DNA of 64,000 nucleotides from Gammaproteobacteria bacterium (GTDB lineage Bacteria; Pseudomonadota; Gammaproteobacteria; UBA6186; Azoamicaceae): NCBI GenBank assembly GCA_044225395.1, contig JBGAIP010000004.1, positions 15,098 to 79,097 of the forward strand, read 5' to 3'. Shown piece by piece: positions 59,375 to 64,000 of this stretch (position 1 is its first letter; each line of letters starts with the position of its first letter). The notes under the pieces were generated by a model. It saw only the letters and a program-made list of their open reading frames with translations, ran no database searches and was not told where the DNA came from. The position numbers and the translations under genes were made by a program.

Positions 59375-59893
59375 TTACAACAAATAATCGATAGGACGCC
59401 CCCCGTTGACTTGATCCGCATGTTTCCAGAACAACGCGGGTGCGAGCTCTTTTAGTGCTCGTCTGTACACCTCTCGCTTAAATAAGATGACTTCTCTTAA
59501 CGGGTACCAATAAGTCACCCATTGCCAGTCATCAAACTCTGGTTTACTGGATTTATCAAAACGGATAAGGCTATCTTCGCCTTCTAAACGCAATAAAAAC
59601 CAAAGTTGCTTTTGTCCTATACACACAGGTTCTGTTTTACGAATCATACGCGTAGGCAATCTATATCTTAACCATCGATCAGTACGCGCTAGCACGGTAA
59701 CATCCTGTTCTTTTAAACCAACTTCCTCTTCTAATTCTCTAAATAGGGTCTGCTCTGGTGTTTCATTGGGATTCATGCCCCCTTGTGGAAATTGCCAAGC
59801 ATCGCGCCCTACACGTTTCGCCCAGAATACCCTACCAGCATGATTCGCCAAAATAATACCGATGTTATGTCTAAAACCGTTCGCATCAATCAC
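59375..59893 (-). CDS. rppH: RNA pyrophosphohydrolase RppH (NudH)
   Basis: Nudix box [23 protein letters not shown]. Confidence 0.93.
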   Translation of the reverse strand: MIDANGFRHNIGIILANHAGRVFWAKRVGRDAWQFPQGGMNPNETPEQTLFRELEEEVGLKEQDVTVLARTDRWLRYRLPTRMIRKTEPVCIGQKQLWFLLRLEGEDSLIRFDKSSKPEFDDWQWVTYWYPLREVILFKREVYRRALKELAPALFWKHADQVNGGRPIDYLL

Positions 59894-59901
59894 GATATTC
59901 T

Positions 59902-60435
59902 CTATTCATCTGAAGTTGCCTGTGAAGCTAACTGTGCTCCATGAATTATAATCTCTGGATGATTCAAGCGCATGTAATCCAGTAATCCAACCTCTTTTTC
60001 TTTAGGTATATCGACTAACATCATAATCCCACCGGCTTCCACAGCCCGTTCAAACTTCTCAAACAGGGGATTTGGCACCGAAATGCCAATTAAAGAACTT
60101 GACCATGCGCCAAAAATAGCACCGAAAACACTAAATGCAGCGATTGTTCCACCACCTAACATAAACTCCTCCGGCGGAAATTGGACAATCAAAAAACCAG
60201 CGATTAACCCTACAGCAGCACCAATAATCGCGCCACGAACCAAGGCATGTAACACATCTGTTTTTTCAAAAATACTGGGTTCTAGTGGTTGGGTAAGGGC
60301 AAGCTTATCTTGAAGGGGATCATCATCCTTCACAATGACATGGATACATTCATTGGCAACACCCTGAGCTTGTAACGCCTTAACAATCTCTGTCGCGCTC
60401 TCGATATTTGGTATCATGAAATACAAGCGTTTCAC
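59902..60435 (-). CDS. Small membrane protein (DUF1269-like, Gly-rich TM pair)
   Basis: [18 protein letters not shown] and [20 protein letters not shown] helices sit between soluble N- and C-terminal segments. Confidence 0.55.
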   Translation of the reverse strand: MKRLYFMIPNIESATEIVKALQAQGVANECIHVIVKDDDPLQDKLALTQPLEPSIFEKTDVLHALVRGAIIGAAVGLIAGFLIVQFPPEEFMLGGGTIAAFSVFGAIFGAWSSSLIGISVPNPLFEKFERAVEAGGIMMLVDIPKEKEVGLLDYMRLNHPEIIIHGAQLASQATSDE

Positions 60436-60482
60436 ATGAAGTCTCCGCTATCGTCCCTAAGTAAAAGTATAGACTAAAGAAA

Positions 60483-60554
60483 GGGGTCAGATCTGGACAC
60501 AGATAAATCCCGTTGATACAATTTCACAAGTATGTCTATGTCCAGATCTGACCC
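60483..60554. repeat. 72-bp palindromic unit made of two inverted copies of the 25-bp GGGGTCAGATCTGGACACAGA element
   Basis: ggggtcagatctggacacagataaa (60483-60507), 23-nt spacer, tatgtctatgtccagatctgaccc (60531-60554). Confidence 0.85.
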
Positions 60555-60575
60555 TTTGAAGAAAAGGAAACATTG

Positions 60576-61304
60576 ATGATTTTAAAACCAATCGCCTATC
60601 TAGGTACGCCTTATAGTGATCCTGATCCTGCTATTCGAAACTTTCGAGAACGTGCAGTTACGCAAATGGTCTTTGATTTATTAAAAAAAAATATACTTGT
60701 TTATTCTCCAATCACACATAATGCACCTATTGATCGCTTAGGCATTTTTGGTGATTATCAAACCTGGTTAGATTTTGATCATGGCATGTTATCAAGATGT
60801 AATAAATTACTGGTTCTAAAGCTATCTGGATGGGAAAAATCAAAAGGACTCGCAGCAGAAATTGAATTTGCTAAAAAAACAGGATTGCCTATTGAAGAGA
60901 TAGAACCCAAACCTGAATTTTTAGATAAAGTGCTTGCAACAGATCCCTCTTTAGACCGTATATCACACTTACTCAATAATATTAATCTGATGATTGAGGA
61001 AAGAGAGTGGGGCCAATTTCATAGCCCCAAAAATCTGGCCATGAATCTACAAATAGAATCTGCTGAAGTCGCTGAACATTTCGTGTGGTTAACTGAAGAA
61101 CAAAGTCAGGCACTAACGCCTATTCAAAAACAAAACGTTGCCGACGAATTAGGAGATGTTTTTTTAAGTTTACTTTTATTAAGCGACAAACTAGGCGTGG
61201 ATTTAATAACAGCCAGCTCGCAGAAAATTGAAAAAATCAAGCAAAAATATCCAGTCGCTTTAGCTAAAGGGAAAGCAACCAAATATACGGAATTCTCAAC
61301 CTAA
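60576..61304 (+). CDS. Fusion protein: DUF1937 (nucleoside 2-deoxyribosyltransferase-like fold) + MazG-like/DCTPP1-like nucleotide pyrophosphohydrolase
   Basis: N-terminus is AYLGTPYSDPDP..VYSPITHN..LLVLKLSGWEKSKGLAAEIEFAKKTGLPI. C-terminus is EREWGQFHSPKNLAMNLQIESAEVAEHFVW...ADELGDVFLSLLLLSDKLGVDL...KYP. Confidence 0.75.
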   Translation: MILKPIAYLGTPYSDPDPAIRNFRERAVTQMVFDLLKKNILVYSPITHNAPIDRLGIFGDYQTWLDFDHGMLSRCNKLLVLKLSGWEKSKGLAAEIEFAKKTGLPIEEIEPKPEFLDKVLATDPSLDRISHLLNNINLMIEEREWGQFHSPKNLAMNLQIESAEVAEHFVWLTEEQSQALTPIQKQNVADELGDVFLSLLLLSDKLGVDLITASSQKIEKIKQKYPVALAKGKATKYTEFST

Positions 61305-61313
61305 ATTAAATTT

Positions 61314-61338
61314 TTTGTCTGTGTCCAGATCTGACCCC
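61314..61338 (-). repeat. Inverted copy of the 25-bp repeat downstream of the DUF1937-MazG gene
   Basis: tttgtctgtgtccagatctgacccc is the reverse complement of ggggtcagatctggacacagacaaa. Confidence 0.85.
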
Positions 61339-61339
61339 T

Positions 61340-61741
61340 TTAGTCCTCATCTTCTTCCATATATTGACTATAGGCATCTGCATCTAACAAATCACTGAGC
61401 TCATCGGGATCAGCGGGATCAATTTTAAACAACCAACCATCGCCGTAAGGATCAGAATTTACCAATCCTGGGGCTTCTTCTAAACTTTCATTGATTTCGA
61501 TAATTTTTCCAGAAATGGGGGAATAAATTTCAGATGTTGCTTTAACAGATTCAATAACGCCGACCTCATCAGATGCATGTGCTTTTACCCCAGTTTCGGG
61601 AAGCTCAACAAACACAAGCTCTCCCAATTGGGACTGTGCATGCTCTGTAATACCCACCAGAATTGTGCCATCCTCTTCAACAAGCACCCATTCGTGGGTC
61701 TGGGTATACTGTAGCTCTTTTGGAACTTTGCTCATTTTCAT
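61340..61741 (-). CDS. gcvH: Glycine cleavage system protein H
   Basis: YTQTHEWV; lipoyl-Lys context IESVKATSEIYSP. Confidence 0.93.
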   Translation of the reverse strand: MKMSKVPKELQYTQTHEWVLVEEDGTILVGITEHAQSQLGELVFVELPETGVKAHASDEVGVIESVKATSEIYSPISGKIIEINESLEEAPGLVNSDPYGDGWLFKIDPADPDELSDLLDADAYSQYMEEDED

Positions 61742-61772
61742 GCTCTCCTGACAAATTTGTCTTACATTATCA

Positions 61773-62987
61773 TCACAATCCCATGGCTTGCAACATCATT
61801 TTCTGCTTCAAGAAAGCCGTTTTATCGACAAAATTGAGTCCTATACTCCGTAACCCTAAAGACAGTGTATTTGCATGAGTAAAGGCTTTATTAAATATAT
61901 CCATAGCCATCAAAGTAGACAATACCTGCCCTTTACGAGCACGCTCAAATTTGCGCAAAACCAAATAATTACCAATATCAATATTATTGTTTTTCTGATG
62001 CGCCAATAATAAAATTTCGCTTAACTGTTTGGCATCACTTAACCCTAAATTAACCCCTTGCCCCGCCAAAGGATGAATCACATGAATAGCATCTCCGATT
62101 AATGCAACACGTTCTGCAATATAGCGCTTAGCATGCATTCTGTTTAAGGGAAAAGTGCGACGTTCTGAAGTTGATAATACTGCCCCCAATCGATATTCAA
62201 ATGCCTGCGATAATGCTTCACAAAATTTTTCTTCTGATAACGCCATCAGTGTTTCTGATTTTTCTGTATTGGAAGTCCACACAATAGAATTCAGATGAGA
62301 TTGATCCGTTTTATTTTTATTAAGCGGCAAAAAAGCCAATGGACCTTCGGGTAAAAATCGCTGCCACGCTGTTTGTTGATGTGGCAATTCCGTACTAACA
62401 GTTGCAACAATTGCACTTTGATGATAATCCTGCCGATCAGATTTTATATTTACAATTTCTCGCAACCAAGAATGTCCCCCATCTGCACCTATAATGAGCT
62501 TAGCGCTTATTCCAATTTGTTTATTTTTTTCTTCAATAGTCAAAAAAACAAAATCAGGTTCAACCTGTAAAGAGACTGGATTTGCTGGTGCAAAAAAAGT
62601 AATGTTTGTGTTTTGTTTTGCTTTATCCCATAGTGCTCTTATCATGACGCGATTTTCGATGATATGCCCTAAATCGGGCTTCCCTACTTCTGCTGCATCA
62701 AATGTAATTTTACCAAACCCTAATGCATCCCAGACATGCATGTGTTCATAAGCACTTACGCGATCATTAACCATTGCTTCCCAAACATCAATGTCCTGAA
62801 AAATATTTTGAGAAGCTTTAGAAATTGCACTACAACGAATATCAATATCATTGTTGTCCCAAACTAATAACGGTTCTTGTCGTTCAATAAGCGCCACTGA
62901 AAATCCTTGCTGTGCACACAGGTTCGCTGCGGTTAAACCGACTAAACCACCACCTAAAATGATGATATCAAATATTGATTGATTCAA
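61773..62987 (-). CDS. UbiH/UbiF/UbiI (COQ6) family FAD-dependent ubiquinone-biosynthesis hydroxylase
   Basis: IIILGGGLVGL is the dinucleotide-binding motif. GDAIHVIHPLAGQGVNLG. Confidence 0.88.
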   Translation of the reverse strand: MNQSIFDIIILGGGLVGLTAANLCAQQGFSVALIERQEPLLVWDNNDIDIRCSAISKASQNIFQDIDVWEAMVNDRVSAYEHMHVWDALGFGKITFDAAEVGKPDLGHIIENRVMIRALWDKAKQNTNITFFAPANPVSLQVEPDFVFLTIEEKNKQIGISAKLIIGADGGHSWLREIVNIKSDRQDYHQSAIVATVSTELPHQQTAWQRFLPEGPLAFLPLNKNKTDQSHLNSIVWTSNTEKSETLMALSEEKFCEALSQAFEYRLGAVLSTSERRTFPLNRMHAKRYIAERVALIGDAIHVIHPLAGQGVNLGLSDAKQLSEILLLAHQKNNNIDIGNYLVLRKFERARKGQVLSTLMAMDIFNKAFTHANTLSLGLRSIGLNFVDKTAFLKQKMMLQAMGL

Positions 62988-63331
62988 TGTAATGGATCCT
63001 GTTGTAGTTTATCCTGTACAGCTCTTTTAATATATTCATTAATTGATACGCCTTCTATCTCGGCATGAAAAGCGACTTCCTTATGTAATATGGGCCCTAT
63101 TCTTACATTAAAAGTTCCCTTATAAGAAACCTGGGGTTTCTTGCCTAATTTTTCGCATGTTTCAATGTAATCGTTAACTGCTTCTTGAAAAGCAACTTTA
63201 AGAGAAATAGGTGTTTCAGCTTCGTAAGTGATCAAATCATTAATAAAAAGAATTTTTCCATGCAAACACATATCTTGAACACTCGCTTCAATTGAACCAA
63301 TATATCCTTTATACCTAAATACATTCATCAT
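62984..63331 (-). CDS. hicB: HicB-family antitoxin
   Basis: YKGYIGSIE...LHGKI..; C-terminal RHH-like KGTFNVRIGPILHKEVAFHAEIEGVSINEYIKRAV. ATGA overlap with hicA. Confidence 0.8.
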   Translation of the reverse strand: MMNVFRYKGYIGSIEASVQDMCLHGKILFINDLITYEAETPISLKVAFQEAVNDYIETCEKLGKKPQVSYKGTFNVRIGPILHKEVAFHAEIEGVSINEYIKRAVQDKLQQDPLH

Positions 63332-63579
63332 TAAATTAATCCTCTTTCTTCAAAAACATTAACTATTTGCTTAACCATATATTCTTTAACAATATTCGAA
63401 GGATGTGGTCTATGAATGCAAATCACAAAATCCAATCCTTCATGAAAAAATTTTACACGTGATCCATTCCCTTGGATTTCTTGAAAACCCAAACTTTGAC
63501 ACATTGTCACCAGTTCTTTCCATTTTAAATCTTTTGGCCTTGATTTTAATCTATTAATTAACTTTTTTTGACTACTCAT
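63331..63579 (-). CDS. hicA: HicA-family mRNA interferase toxin
   Basis: 82 aa; ..LGFQEIQGNGSRVKFFH...IHRPHPSNIVKEYMVKQI. Confidence 0.78.
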   Translation of the reverse strand: MSSQKKLINRLKSRPKDLKWKELVTMCQSLGFQEIQGNGSRVKFFHEGLDFVICIHRPHPSNIVKEYMVKQIVNVFEERGLI

Positions 63580-63616
63580 TGCATCTGTACTGCCTATTTT
63601 AGTTCAACAAAACCCA

Positions 63617-63643
63617 ATATGCAACTATTTTTTAGTTGCATAT
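63617..63643. promoter_or_regulatory. Perfect 11-bp-arm palindrome upstream of hicAB (candidate operator)
   Basis: atatgcaacta-ttttt-tagttgcatat, 38 nt upstream of the hicA start. Confidence 0.4.
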
Positions 63644-63693
63644 TAATTGATAAAATACTATTAATTTAAACAGATGTCTTTAGGGAAAAAGTT

Positions 63694-63714
63694 AAAACGA
63701 CCATCTCATGGTCG
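63694..63714 (-). terminator. Candidate Rho-independent terminator of the upstream minus-strand ORF
   Basis: On the minus strand: cgaccat-gag-atggtcg followed by TTTT. Confidence 0.3.
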
Positions 63715-63751
63715 AAATACGGGGTTTCTTTAACCATGACATGGTCAAAAA

Positions 63752-64000
63752 TCAGGGATCCTGGATTAAACTCACACCCCGGCACAACTTCGGCAACCTT
63801 TGCTGCCACCCCAACCCTCGCTCTGCAATCATCCGTTTAAAAGGCGTAACCCACTCGCTGGCTACAACTCCTAACCATTGAAACACATGCGGTTCTGCTA
63901 AACTATCCGTGAAATAACGGATAGCATGATGGTCGTTTATACGACGATTGGCATAGCTAGAAAGTACCGCCATTGAACTAAACGCTTGATTTGTTTTTTT
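63752..64000 (-). CDS. Unrecognised ORF, open to the window edge (3' part only)
   Basis: The frame is open from 64000 down to the stop at 63752 (..AVLSSYANRRINDHHAIRYFTDSLAEPHVFQWLG..). No family recognised. Confidence 0.3.
   Translation of the reverse strand, partial: KKTNQAFSSMAVLSSYANRRINDHHAIRYFTDSLAEPHVFQWLGVVASEWVTPFKRMIAERGLGWQQRLPKLCRGVSLIQDP

Noticed and set aside
60472-61345. Extension of the cassette inverted repeat by gactaaag / ctttagtc, and a target-site duplication
   Set aside because: The extra 8-bp match needs a 3-nt indel and overlaps the gcvH stop codon. The 5-bp flanks (agaaa versus tttag) do not match. No TSD is claimed.
63698-63745. Two ACCAT..ATGGT palindromes (cgaccatctcatggtcg and accatgacatggt) as a paired operator
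   Set aside because: The first is followed by a T-run on the minus strand and is better explained as the terminator of the upstream ORF. The second is short (6-bp arms). No further copies were noticed.
1-64000. CRISPR arrays, tRNA, rRNA and tmRNA genes
   Set aside because: No regularly spaced short direct repeats were seen by eye in any intergenic region, and no tRNA-like T-arm or acceptor pattern either. The only GGTTCGAA-like hit (~17131) is inside lapB.

Overview
AT-rich gammaproteobacterial chromosome segment. It is most consistent with a Legionella-like member of the Legionellales: housekeeping synteny is interspersed with eukaryote-like ankyrin, RI-type LRR and UIM proteins and many c-di-GMP genes. 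No taxonomy search was run.

Housekeeping blocks:
- argR plus an amino-acid ABC transporter
- galU-lapBA-rpsA-cmk-ruvBAC-yebC
- rluB-scpBA-trpS
- yciB-bolA
- rdgB-parCE-folA-thyA-lgt-rppH
- gcvH and a ubiH-family gene

Accessory content:
1. 1-5.5 kb is a decaying mobile/defence patch. It holds a frameshifted Rpn/DUF4351 gene, a multiply frameshifted AbiEi/AbiEii module bracketed by ~340-364 bp direct repeats, and corA hit by both a frameshift and a decayed IS2-group IS with a 5-bp target duplication.
2. 5.6-9.1 kb is a three-gene operon of unknown proteins: glycine-zipper, basic, and a 748-aa ankyrin protein.
3. 23.3-35.8 kb is the most striking feature. It is an orphan PKS/NRPS-independent biosynthetic cluster: carrier protein, fatty acyl-AMP ligase, MIO ammonia-lyase, ThDP enzyme, KAS III, O-methyltransferase, FadL channel and aminotransferase, with an embedded c-di-GMP phosphodiesterase.
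4. 39.7-44.6 kb is a FIST / atypical histidine kinase / REC-PAS-GGDEF-EAL operon.
5. 48.9-50.8 kb is a 1.85-kb islet flanked by perfect 28-bp direct repeats at the 3' end of the bolA-family gene. It carries a DUF4143 AAA ATPase and a perfect 102-bp inverted repeat around a GIY-YIG remnant.
6. 60.5-61.3 kb is a DUF1937-MazG fusion gene bounded by copies of a 25-bp GGGGTCAGATCTGGACACAGA element.
7. A HicAB module lies at 63 kb.

Several genes, including core ones (galU, corA), carry apparent frameshifts. This means either genome decay or indel-prone sequencing. No rRNA, tRNA or CRISPR array was seen.
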